DNA of 64,000 nt from a virus, in the IMG/VR virus record IMGVR_UViG_3300008261_000042. One strand, 5' to 3'. Below are positions 56,340-64,000 of this stretch, one piece after another. The notes beneath the pieces are model-generated. The model did not search any database and was not told the origin of the DNA. It was given only the letters and a program-made list of their open reading frames with translations. The stretch's first letter is position 1; each line of letters begins with the position of its first letter. A program made the position numbers and the translations under genes.

Positions 56340-56721
56340 TTATTTTCGCTCATCGTATGATTTGGGTGAACCATTTACTAATGTAGTGTGCCAAACCAAA
56401 GACATTGAAGATGGTCTTGGTGGTACAATGACTGACTACTGGTTAGATCCAGCTGGTCAGTTGTGGTATCCTGATTATAGAGGCGCAAGCACATACGAGG
56501 AAATTAAAGAGGATGATCCACGTTATGATCCTAAAAAACTATTTCTAAACTATGAATGGGTTCCAACTGGCAAGCATGGTAAATATGTGCCACACCATAT
56601 CACAAAATATGTTGAAGTATATCCTGAATGGTGGAAAGGAAAATGGGAAGATTGGCCACGGTGCCGATTGCATTTTAGATCTGGCAAACTACAAGATTTT
56701 CAGGATGTGACAGGACGATGA
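56326..56721 (+). CDS. Hypothetical protein (MGMFD family)
   Basis: MGMFDY...QTKD...YWLDP.G.L. Confidence 0.75.
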   Translation: MGMFDYFRSSYDLGEPFTNVVCQTKDIEDGLGGTMTDYWLDPAGQLWYPDYRGASTYEEIKEDDPRYDPKKLFLNYEWVPTGKHGKYVPHHITKYVEVYPEWWKGKWEDWPRCRLHFRSGKLQDFQDVTGR

Positions 56722-57092
56722 TTTTTTCACGAGAAGTTAAAGGAACATCACCAAACAAACCTAAAATGAGTTGGTGGGACTATTGGATTGGTCACTGCTG
56801 GTTTACTGGCTGGCAGAGCATCAATCATTCATTCCGTAACTGGGGTGATTTGATGACTGGAAACTGGAAGGATTATGCTCTCATGTTTTATGATGATCCT
56901 TTTGAAGAATGTCGTGATTGCTTCTGGTCTTATCTTGGTGATGATGATACACTACCAAAAGAGTTTCTGGAACATCTACAAGAAATGGTAGATCGTATTG
57001 ATCGTGGGGAAGAAAAACTTATTCCTATGGATTTAGACCAACTGAAACGCATGTCAGATCTTTTAGATAATCAGGAGTCAAATGATGAGTGA
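56718..57092 (+). CDS. Hypothetical protein
   Basis: ATGA overlap; Trp-rich. Confidence 0.7.
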   Translation: MIFSREVKGTSPNKPKMSWWDYWIGHCWFTGWQSINHSFRNWGDLMTGNWKDYALMFYDDPFEECRDCFWSYLGDDDTLPKEFLEHLQEMVDRIDRGEEKLIPMDLDQLKRMSDLLDNQESNDE

Positions 57093-57291
57093 TAGAGCAC
57101 AAAAATTAATGGATGCTATTTGGCACGAGCGTAACACATGGGCAGATACCGAGCAAAAGCTGGTTGCTGCCGTCATCCGCAAGACCTTGGAACATGTGAA
57201 AACCATGACAGCAGCAAAGCTTAACAACTTGACAGTGGTTGACCGAGGTGATATGATGGCACTGTCCAAAGAGATTGAGACCCTGAAATGA
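57082..57291 (+). CDS. Hypothetical protein
   Basis: GGAG RBS, coupled. Confidence 0.65.
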   Translation: MMSDRAQKLMDAIWHERNTWADTEQKLVAAVIRKTLEHVKTMTAAKLNNLTVVDRGDMMALSKEIETLK

Positions 57292-57449
57292 TCAAACCCA
57301 TCGACAAAACCCACTGGGAAGATCTTTATGCTCGTCTGCACGATGCTTATGCTGAGTGTTTGAAACACAACAACCCCACATATGAACAGAAGCTAGCACA
57401 GGTTCTGGATCATATGATTGTAAACAAAAAACATCTTTACATCCGATGA
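57288..57449 (+). CDS. Small hypothetical protein (53 aa)
   Basis: Translated by hand: MIKPIDKTHWEDLYARLHDAY...; ATGA overlaps at both ends. Confidence 0.65.
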   Translation: MIKPIDKTHWEDLYARLHDAYAECLKHNNPTYEQKLAQVLDHMIVNKKHLYIR

Positions 57450-57631
57450 CTTACCACATCACTAAAGAAATTAAAATTATTGACTATGAAGATGGTTTCA
57501 GTTATGATTTCTCCGCTGATGAGTATGGAACTGTTCGCTTTGGTGATGGGAATGGTGCAACTTGTCAGACCATTCACATTCCCAAAGATTGTATCCAACA
57601 TGTAATTGATGTATTGGAGCAATTCAAATGA
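57446..57631 (+). CDS. Hypothetical protein
   Basis: ATGA overlap. Confidence 0.65.
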   Translation: MTYHITKEIKIIDYEDGFSYDFSADEYGTVRFGDGNGATCQTIHIPKDCIQHVIDVLEQFK

Positions 57632-57810
57632 CTGTTGCTGAATGGATTGAAAAACTCAAAGAGTTTCCACTTGACCAAGAAGTAAGGATTACAGATGGGC
57701 ACAAATATCACTTTTATGAAGGTGATTTTGATTTTCAACTCTTTGAGGATGTTGATGGTTCTACCTTTGTAGATATTGGTATTGGTGGATTTGAGGAGGA
57801 TGAAGAATGA
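57628..57810 (+). CDS. Hypothetical protein
   Basis: MTVAEWIEKLKEFPLD; ATGA overlap. Confidence 0.7.
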   Translation: MTVAEWIEKLKEFPLDQEVRITDGHKYHFYEGDFDFQLFEDVDGSTFVDIGIGGFEEDEE

Positions 57811-58016
57811 CCTACGACGAACTCTACGAGCATGTGGTAAAGTATGTTGCTATGCCACATACTGCTATCACAAAGCATGATAAACGCCGTGCCTGTCTCA
57901 TTCTGGGAGCATTCATGGAGTTTATGTTAGATTGCGATGACGCTGGCATCATTGTCAGTGACATTGATATGACTGATTTTGTGAATGAAAAACTCGATCA
58001 ACTGGAGGCTAAATGA
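57807..58016 (+). CDS. Hypothetical protein
   Basis: ATGA overlap, GAGGA RBS. Confidence 0.65.
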   Translation: MTYDELYEHVVKYVAMPHTAITKHDKRRACLILGAFMEFMLDCDDAGIIVSDIDMTDFVNEKLDQLEAK

Positions 58017-58321
58017 GTTTCACCAAGACCATTTCAACTGTTGCTGCTCTTGCAAGTATCTTTGGTGCTGCTGCTGCTGGATGGAAACTTACTGAAGCAA
58101 ATTCACAACAACCACCAACTGTATTAGATCAGAAACTAAATGAGTTGGATCAAAAACTGGAAGATCTTTCTAAGACAGCTCCTGTTCCAGAACCAGAGCC
58201 AGAGCCACTGCCAGAGCCAGTTGCAGAACCTCCTGTGCTTGCTCCAGAGCCAAAACCTGCTATGATGCCACCTGTAGCACCTCCTCCCCCACCTGCACCG
58301 ACCACAAATGGCACTAATTGA
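58013..58321 (+). CDS. Membrane-anchored proline-rich protein
   Basis: N-terminal hydrophobic helix, short coiled coil, PEPEPE/PPPPP tail; GGAGG RBS. Confidence 0.75.
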   Translation: MSFTKTISTVAALASIFGAAAAGWKLTEANSQQPPTVLDQKLNELDQKLEDLSKTAPVPEPEPEPLPEPVAEPPVLAPEPKPAMMPPVAPPPPPAPTTNGTN

Positions 58322-58502
58322 TACTCTAAACTTTTTCATTCAAGATCAAGAAGGTCATCTTCAGTGTCTTGAATGGGACATTCGTGAGGAAACTAATCAA
58401 GAAAATCCAGATCTTGATTGGTATTGTGAGGAATATGATCTATGTAAAGAACGTATAGAAGATCTCCAACAAATCAAATTTATTATTGAGGCACAACAAT
58501 GA
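58308..58502 (+). CDS. Hypothetical protein
   Basis: Coupled small acidic ORF. Confidence 0.6.
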   Translation: MALIDTLNFFIQDQEGHLQCLEWDIREETNQENPDLDWYCEEYDLCKERIEDLQQIKFIIEAQQ

Positions 58503-58849
58503 GCGGCGGACATTTTGGTGACTGCGGTTATGATTACTACAAGGTAGCACAGTTTGCTGATGAGTTGGAAGTAGAAATCCAAAACAACAACAAAAAGCTA
58601 GATGAGTATGAGTATGCTCCCAATTTTTCACCAGAAACTATCAAGTATTTAAGGAAGCAACTTCGTCAGATGCGTAAGGTATCAGAAATCATGCGTCATA
58701 TTGATTATCTGTATTCTGGTGATCATGGTGAAGATAGTTTTATGTATCGTGTAAAAGAAGTGGAGAAACACTGGGAGGAGATTGAAGAGATAGTTACACG
58801 TATGGATAATCATCCAGATGGATGGAATGAAACTGGAGACGGAGTATGA
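58499..58849 (+). CDS. Hypothetical protein (MSGG family)
   Basis: MSGGHF...IDYLYSGDHGEDSF. Confidence 0.75.
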   Translation: MSGGHFGDCGYDYYKVAQFADELEVEIQNNNKKLDEYEYAPNFSPETIKYLRKQLRQMRKVSEIMRHIDYLYSGDHGEDSFMYRVKEVEKHWEEIEEIVTRMDNHPDGWNETGDGV

Positions 58850-59052
58850 CTGATAAAACTAAACTACTTAAAATGGTTGAAGATGCTATCGACCGATCAC
58901 CAGATAACAGTGAGATTATGGCACAGAATGTGATTGATGCTACTGCTGACTGGTTTGTGATTGTGTTAGAATCTATGGGCATCCAACCATCCTCCATCCC
59001 AACTCTGCTACGATGGCAAGCACACCAACACGAGTATCTTACCGATGACTGA
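58846..59052 (+). CDS. Hypothetical protein
   Basis: ATGA overlap. Confidence 0.6.
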   Translation: MTDKTKLLKMVEDAIDRSPDNSEIMAQNVIDATADWFVIVLESMGIQPSSIPTLLRWQAHQHEYLTDD

Positions 59053-59338
59053 CCTTGACGATCTTTTAAAACCAGAAAACAAGTTTGTTGTTCCAGTAAC
59101 AGTTGAACTTTCAAGTTATGACCAAGTAAAACTGCGAAAGTTCATCAACCTTCATTATCTTGGTGATGTGGATGCTAATGAATTTGTAGATGGAACTTAC
59201 AAAGCAAAGTATCCAGAGAAAGAAACTACAGAGTTCCAGAATGCAGTATGGAAAACTAATGTTGGTTATACAGTAAATCTTGCTGTAGAGTTTGATGAAA
59301 AAGGTGTCCCTACATTTGAGGTTGTGAAAAATGGTTGA
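59045..59338 (+). CDS. Hypothetical protein
   Basis: Coupled ORF. Confidence 0.65.
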   Translation: MTDLDDLLKPENKFVVPVTVELSSYDQVKLRKFINLHYLGDVDANEFVDGTYKAKYPEKETTEFQNAVWKTNVGYTVNLAVEFDEKGVPTFEVVKNG

Positions 59339-59516
59339 GAAGGTAAAATTTGTATCTGTCACTCGTGTAATTGACGACCGCAAAGGTATTCATTATCTTG
59401 ATGCTATTGATGAGAATGGACATCACTGGACAGCAGAGATGGATAATAAACAAGAGAAATGGTTAGTGTATTATAAACTGTGGACTAAAGACCCTCAACA
59501 ACCTTATGACCTATGA
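59331..59516 (+). CDS. Hypothetical protein
   Basis: GIHYLDAIDENGHHW motif. Confidence 0.7.
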   Translation: MVEKVKFVSVTRVIDDRKGIHYLDAIDENGHHWTAEMDNKQEKWLVYYKLWTKDPQQPYDL

Positions 59517-59614
59517 CTGAATGTGTTTCTGACCCTACAACTTGGATTGATGTTGCCCAACTTGCAGTTTTTATGGTTCCTGTCTCTATTTTTCTTTGGA
59601 GAGTATCACAATAA
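59513..59614 (+). CDS. Tiny membrane peptide (33 aa)
   Basis: MTECVSDPTTWIDVAQLAVFMVPVSIFLWRVSQ; coupled at both ends. Confidence 0.55.
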   Translation: MTECVSDPTTWIDVAQLAVFMVPVSIFLWRVSQ

Positions 59615-59826
59615 TGACTGACCTCAAACTCTGTAAAGATTGTAAGTGGTATAAGAAAGATTGGAATGCTCGTATCACTGGATTTGGAGACACATTTGAC
59701 TTATGCCTTCATCCTCTTGTGACTGAAAATGTTGTGACTGGAAAATCTAATGGTAAGTATTGTGATCAGGCGAGAAAGTATTATGGATGTGGTATGGAAG
59801 GTAAGTATTGGGAGGCACGGAAATGA
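59614..59826 (+). CDS. Small Cys-rich protein
   Basis: MTDLKLCKDCKWY...C.HP...C...R...CG.EG.YW. Confidence 0.75.
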   Translation: MTDLKLCKDCKWYKKDWNARITGFGDTFDLCLHPLVTENVVTGKSNGKYCDQARKYYGCGMEGKYWEARK

Positions 59827-59993
59827 TTGAAATTGAAAAGCAGTATAAACTCACACTCGCAGAAGACCAAGCACGACAACTCCATTCTATGCTAAAAGCT
59901 AATAAGGAACTATTGGATATTGGGTCTGGGTATGATGAACTGCGACCACTTTATCGGGAACTAAAAGAACTCTTTGATAATGGAATACGATGA
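59823..59993 (+). CDS. Hypothetical protein
   Basis: ATGA overlap, GGAGG RBS. Confidence 0.65.
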   Translation: MIEIEKQYKLTLAEDQARQLHSMLKANKELLDIGSGYDELRPLYRELKELFDNGIR

Positions 59994-60253
59994 CTGAATG
60001 GAAATCAACTGAAATCAACGAAGGACAACCAATAAATCCTGAATTGACGGTAGATCCTGAATGGTATAAAACTAAATTCCCAGACTATCAACTCATCACA
60101 CCAAAGATATCTAATTGGACTTGTTATCTATTTGGTGGTACTCCTGGTAATGGTATTCAATGGACACCACATGAAGGAAAAGTTCCTAATGCTTGGTATA
60201 GGTTCTGGATGAAAGTATTCTTTGATTGTAAATGGGTGAAATATGATGACTAA
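59990..60253 (+). CDS. Hypothetical protein
   Basis: SNWTCYLFG...PNAWYRFWMKVFFDCKW. Confidence 0.7.
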   Translation: MTEWKSTEINEGQPINPELTVDPEWYKTKFPDYQLITPKISNWTCYLFGGTPGNGIQWTPHEGKVPNAWYRFWMKVFFDCKWVKYDD

Positions 60254-60422
60254 CAGCGAAAAATTTGCACATCTCATCAAAGTTCTCAAAAATTACGCAC
60301 AACAACCAACTTGTTATAATCTAAATCCAGATTATGAATATCCACACCATAGTTGGGATATTTTTGAAGATGGTTCTGATTATGGTGAGATTATGTTTGC
60401 TCGCACATTATCCTTGGAGTGA
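60243..60422 (+). CDS. Small hypothetical protein (59 aa)
   Basis: Translated by hand: MMTNSEKFAHLIKVLK...DIFEDGSDYGEIMFAR. Confidence 0.6.
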   Translation: MMTNSEKFAHLIKVLKNYAQQPTCYNLNPDYEYPHHSWDIFEDGSDYGEIMFARTLSLE

Positions 60423-60437
60423 TGAATTGGAGAACCT

Positions 60438-61079
60438 ATGACTGCTTGTAAATACTGGGATTGTGGTTGGTGTTATGCTCCTAATTATCTGAAAACAAAC
60501 GCAATCAACAGCACTTGTGTTAATCCCTACAAATGCCCTATCTCTCCTCTATCTGAACCAGTACAATACGAAACTCCTATGACTGAAATTGAAGAAGTAA
60601 AAGCACAAATCAAAGTGCTTGAAAAGAAACTCTCATTCCTTGAAGAACTGGAAAAAACAAAATCACGAGTAGAAGAAGCATACAAAGATTGGTGGGGTGA
60701 GTATCCTGAAACTGGAACAACTGCTTCTAATACTGATGATGCAAGGTGGTTGGGTTTCCAAGCAGGTTACAATGCTGCTTATGAAGAAAAGGTAAGTGAA
60801 ACCGCACAAGAACGAGGAGAACGAGTTCATAATGAAATGGAAGAAACTATCAAAATCCACGATGGTTATGGTGTAGTTGATTACACTACGATGACTGAAC
60901 GCAACTTTAAACAAGAACTTGTACATTCCTGTTATTATGACATGGAATATGGCCACGACAGCGAAACAATTGATTATGATTGTCTGATTGGTATTATCAC
61001 CGAGTTGTGTGATAGGATTGAAAAACTTGAGGACAAAGTAGATGAACTTAACCCTAACCCGAGATGGAGTTTGGATTGA
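60438..61079 (+). CDS. Hypothetical mosaic protein
   Basis: GGAG RBS; appears built from several small-ORF modules. Confidence 0.65.
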   Translation: MTACKYWDCGWCYAPNYLKTNAINSTCVNPYKCPISPLSEPVQYETPMTEIEEVKAQIKVLEKKLSFLEELEKTKSRVEEAYKDWWGEYPETGTTASNTDDARWLGFQAGYNAAYEEKVSETAQERGERVHNEMEETIKIHDGYGVVDYTTMTERNFKQELVHSCYYDMEYGHDSETIDYDCLIGIITELCDRIEKLEDKVDELNPNPRWSLD

Positions 61080-61798
61080 TGACTGAACACAATCTACCAG
61101 ACAAGGATGATGCTCCTTGGTTAAACACACAATACGATGGATTTATGACACACGAAGAAATTCTTGAAGAAGCAGCACGACGAGAAGCAGAAAACAAAGC
61201 ATGGACAGCAGTAGAAAAACTTTATGCTGAAAATGGTGATGCTTTAAAAGAACTTGCTGATATCGAAAAGGAAGAACGAATGGATGCAATTAGAACTGCA
61301 ATTTCTGGTATCGGTAAGTATTCTGATGCTCTTAAAGAACTTCGTAAGATTGAGCATGAAGAACTGATTGAAGAACTGCAAGCAAAGAAGAAAGAAAACT
61401 TCCAACTGGTTGCTGATGCTTGTATGAAAGAGTATGAGCAGAAATATCATCGTGATGTATTCCCAGTAGATGAATACTGGGTGTATATGGTTTCTGAATA
61501 CTTCGGAACTGGTGAAGGTCAAACTGTGTGTGTTATGATGACACAGGCAAATCCTGGTCATGCAGAAGATTTTGAAACATCTACCAATAGATATGTTCCC
61601 TGCACTACAAAGCAATATCGTGCTGTGAGAGCATTCCATGAGCAGTTTGGCACTTGGTATCTTCATGGTCTCAGATTCCTCAGTAAAGAAGATTTCTTCA
61701 GTGAATATTCATATTACATTCCTCCAGCGATGATGAAACTCTCCAATAAGAGTTGCTACAAAGATTTTCACACTCATGTTCATTATAACTTCTCATGA
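61079..61798 (+). CDS. Hypothetical protein
   Basis: TGATG coupling; helical N-half, EYFGTGEG C-half. Confidence 0.7.
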   Translation: MTEHNLPDKDDAPWLNTQYDGFMTHEEILEEAARREAENKAWTAVEKLYAENGDALKELADIEKEERMDAIRTAISGIGKYSDALKELRKIEHEELIEELQAKKKENFQLVADACMKEYEQKYHRDVFPVDEYWVYMVSEYFGTGEGQTVCVMMTQANPGHAEDFETSTNRYVPCTTKQYRAVRAFHEQFGTWYLHGLRFLSKEDFFSEYSYYIPPAMMKLSNKSCYKDFHTHVHYNFS

Positions 61799-61998
61799 CA
61801 GACAAAGAACTCTACAACCCTGATGAGTTTCTGCTTGATAATATCAAAGCATATCATTATGAGGTGATGGATGAAGGACATCATGTGTGGATGGCATTCT
61901 ATTTTGAGAATGGTAACACAGGACACTTGAATATTTTCCTAAATGATGGTAAAATTAACACACGTTATGAGGAATGGGATGAAAGAGTGGCTCAGTGA
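61795..61998 (+). CDS. Hypothetical protein
   Basis: NPDE...HYEVMD...W..FY. Confidence 0.7.
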   Translation: MTDKELYNPDEFLLDNIKAYHYEVMDEGHHVWMAFYFENGNTGHLNIFLNDGKINTRYEEWDERVAQ

Positions 61999-62179
61999 TG
62001 CCTATTGGCATTGGCGTAATGTGTTTTATTTTAGATTCAATGAATACAATGATAGCATCGATAGTGGTGCTTTCTTTGAAGAATTAAACTATGGATGGTA
62101 TGAAATGTATATCGATCCATATGAGGATTGGTATACTCCTACAATCTCACCTGAACGCAAATTGAGGTTAGGTGAATGA
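61979..62179 (+). CDS. Hypothetical protein
   Basis: GAGGA RBS before MKEWLSDAYWHW. Confidence 0.6.
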   Translation: MKEWLSDAYWHWRNVFYFRFNEYNDSIDSGAFFEELNYGWYEMYIDPYEDWYTPTISPERKLRLGE

Positions 62180-62388
62180 TCATTCCTGTGTTCATTTATA
62201 AGAGATTGATCGGATTTAAACCGATTATGTACACGCCATTGTGGTGGTGGTTACGATTGATGATGCACCAAGGATTTAGATTTGATGATTATCACATTTG
62301 GGGATCATTCTGGTCGTCATTGAATGGTGGCTGGAATGATATGACATATAAATGGGTGTACAAAACTTATTGGGGAGAAGACAAATGA
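62176..62388 (+). CDS. Trp-rich hypothetical protein
   Basis: ATGA overlap. Confidence 0.6.
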   Translation: MIIPVFIYKRLIGFKPIMYTPLWWWLRLMMHQGFRFDDYHIWGSFWSSLNGGWNDMTYKWVYKTYWGEDK

Positions 62389-62570
62389 ATGTACCAACAC
62401 AATCTGAACTGATTCACCTTAAAATTCAAGCAGCAATGCGTGAACATATTTTTGAGGAAGATCAAATGAAATATCTTGGTATTCGTGAAGATAACCACTG
62501 GTATCTTGTCGGTGGAGAGCACGAAGTGCCTGTAACTGCTATCCAAATGTTTGAGATGCAAAATGATTGA
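62385..62570 (+). CDS. Hypothetical protein
   Basis: MNVPTQSELIHLKIQA...HWYLVGG.HEVP. Confidence 0.7.
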   Translation: MNVPTQSELIHLKIQAAMREHIFEEDQMKYLGIREDNHWYLVGGEHEVPVTAIQMFEMQND

Positions 62571-62718
62571 ATGTACAGAAAATGAAGATGGATCACTTCT
62601 CATCACATGGGATAAAGATGATCCTGTAGAATCAATGCTTAACACATGGACAGAGGAAGACTTTGTTCGTGCTATAATGGATGAAGCAAACTTGCATTTG
62701 AAAAATGAAACTGTTTAA
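62563..62718 (+). CDS. Small hypothetical protein (51 aa)
   Basis: Translated by hand: MIECTENEDGSLLITWDKDDP...WTEEDF. Confidence 0.65.
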   Translation: MIECTENEDGSLLITWDKDDPVESMLNTWTEEDFVRAIMDEANLHLKNETV

Positions 62719-62983
62719 ATTTGAATATCGTGAAGATTTTGGACATGAGTGGTATTTCAAGTTTTTGTTTAACAAGAACTGGGGACTGCTTCAACTGTCA
62801 ATTGATTGGGGTGAATTCCCAGGCTATCCATACATTCAGGTAACATCTGGTATGGGGAAGCTTTTTGGTATTCTACTCTGTCTGGGCAAATTCGGATTTT
62901 GTGCTGAGGTGCTTGCCAGAACCTGGCGTCTGTGCTATGATGACGTGAAGTTTGAACTTGAGGACTTGACCAATGGCAATTGA
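62705..62983 (+). CDS. Hypothetical protein
   Basis: EDFGHEWY...LLQLSIDWGE..PYIQ. Confidence 0.7.
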   Translation: MKLFKFEYREDFGHEWYFKFLFNKNWGLLQLSIDWGEFPGYPYIQVTSGMGKLFGILLCLGKFGFCAEVLARTWRLCYDDVKFELEDLTNGN

Positions 62984-63578
62984 AGGCTACGTCAAATTTG
63001 AATACTTTAGTAAAGGTGTTCAACCTTATTACAACAAAAGTATCTTTCCTGAACTTCTTGATGATGAAAATATTGTCATCAAGACACCTAACATTGAGAT
63101 GAGTTATCATCAATACTTTGGGTTGTTTAAGAAGTTCTTGATGTCTGTTGGTTTTAATGAAAAGAACATCATGCAAGGTGCATGTCATATCGCATTCAAT
63201 GAAGCGAATGACGAGAAAACAATGCGTGAGGTTGCTGAAGAGTATGATCTCATCATGTCTGAACAACTGCCTGAGATTATTGCAGACAGTAAAAAACAGG
63301 ATGAAGAATGGATTGAAAAGACTAATGACAGTTGGGAGCAACGATACTGGGCATTGTATCATAAAATGCAACAGCTTGAAGGTGATAGCTCAGAAAAATC
63401 ATTGGTAGATAGAGTTCAGGAAGGATATTCATATTGGAATAATCTTGTTCCTGGGTCACCAGAAGCAAGAGAGCAGGGATGCACTTGTCCTGTGCTAGAT
63501 AATATGGAAATGCCCGAAGATAAAAAATGGGTTAATAGCAAGTGTCCTATTCATGGTAAGAAAAACAAAGAAGAATAA
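62973..63578 (+). CDS. Hypothetical protein with C-terminal Cys/His module
   Basis: PGSPEA...GCTCPVLDN...CPIHG. Confidence 0.75.
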   Translation: MAIEGYVKFEYFSKGVQPYYNKSIFPELLDDENIVIKTPNIEMSYHQYFGLFKKFLMSVGFNEKNIMQGACHIAFNEANDEKTMREVAEEYDLIMSEQLPEIIADSKKQDEEWIEKTNDSWEQRYWALYHKMQQLEGDSSEKSLVDRVQEGYSYWNNLVPGSPEAREQGCTCPVLDNMEMPEDKKWVNSKCPIHGKKNKEE

Positions 63579-63822
63579 ATTTGAACCATTTAAATTTCCA
63601 TACGAGAAATTCCCTATTTGCTTACAGCATTATGAAAAGGAAGATCTTAGAACTTGTTGGTTTGAATGTGAAGAGCATTTCCAAAAGTATGTTTCTAGAT
63701 ACAATTTAAATCCAAATGAAATTACATTCAAGCATAAAGATGGTGTGGAGATGGTGGTCGAAAGCACTGGGGGAAAAAGCGTCCGAGTGCGACAACGAAG
63801 CAGACAAAGTAGCAGTGATTAG
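63553..63822 (+). CDS. Conserved cyanophage hypothetical protein
   Basis: FP...CWFECEEH..KY..RY. Confidence 0.7.
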   Translation: MVRKTKKNKFEPFKFPYEKFPICLQHYEKEDLRTCWFECEEHFQKYVSRYNLNPNEITFKHKDGVEMVVESTGGKSVRVRQRSRQSSSD

Positions 63823-64000
63823 GACATTTATATTTGCCACATATTTAATCACTAATGGTTTTATTGTGGCAAATGCTGTTCGTCACTGGAATGATAGAGA
63901 AATTAAAGTTGAGGTACAAATCTATGAAAATCCAAACTATGCAGAAGAGTTACACACAGAAGGATGGAACCGTGTGGGAGTGGAACGAAACTCCCGAATT
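63740..64000 (+). CDS. Small membrane protein (runs off window end)
   Basis: Translated by hand: MVWRWWSKALGEKA...EADKVAVIRTFIFATYLITNGFIVANAVRHW. Confidence 0.7.
   Translation, partial: MVWRWWSKALGEKASECDNEADKVAVIRTFIFATYLITNGFIVANAVRHWNDREIKVEVQIYENPNYAEELHTEGWNRVGVERNSRI

Noticed and set aside
60663-63371. Several 140-200-aa minus-strand ORFs
   Set aside because: They lie antisense to a tightly coupled plus-strand gene chain and have shadow-like Phe/Ile/Ser-rich composition.

Overview
A 64-kb segment of a T4-like cyanomyovirus genome. The host is probably a Synechococcus/Cyanobium, judging from the D1 C-terminal extension. From left to right it holds: the 3' part of psbA; a replication/metabolism block (glutaredoxin, RNase H, speD, a YRG peptide, thyX, phoH, exonuclease, gp33, gp32); a minus-strand baseplate/head block (gp53, gp48, gp2, gp4); a plus-strand tail-hub block (tube initiator, gp26/gp51, two large paralogous tape-measure-like muralytic proteins, hub, a split gp5); a tRNA island (6 tRNAs plus a tRNA-like element) containing a CpeT/CpcT-type bilin lyase; a 3.4-kaa virion protein and a tail-fibre cluster; a SF2 helicase; and a dense run of small coupled ORFs. 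Top lead: the giant virion protein just downstream of cpeT carries four helical repeats that resemble phycobiliprotein subunits by eye and keep Cys residues at both the 82/84-like and beta-153/155-like bilin positions. This suggests a phage-encoded lyase plus a phage-encoded, possibly chromophorylated, virion substrate. Other leads: an apparent frameshifting deletion at the 5' end of that gene, a likely -1 frameshift between gp26 and gp51, a possible dual-coding thyX overlap, promoters built into terminator hairpins, a repeated A-tract element, and a tRNA-like RNA with a broken anticodon arm. All family calls come from motif recognition; no searches were run.
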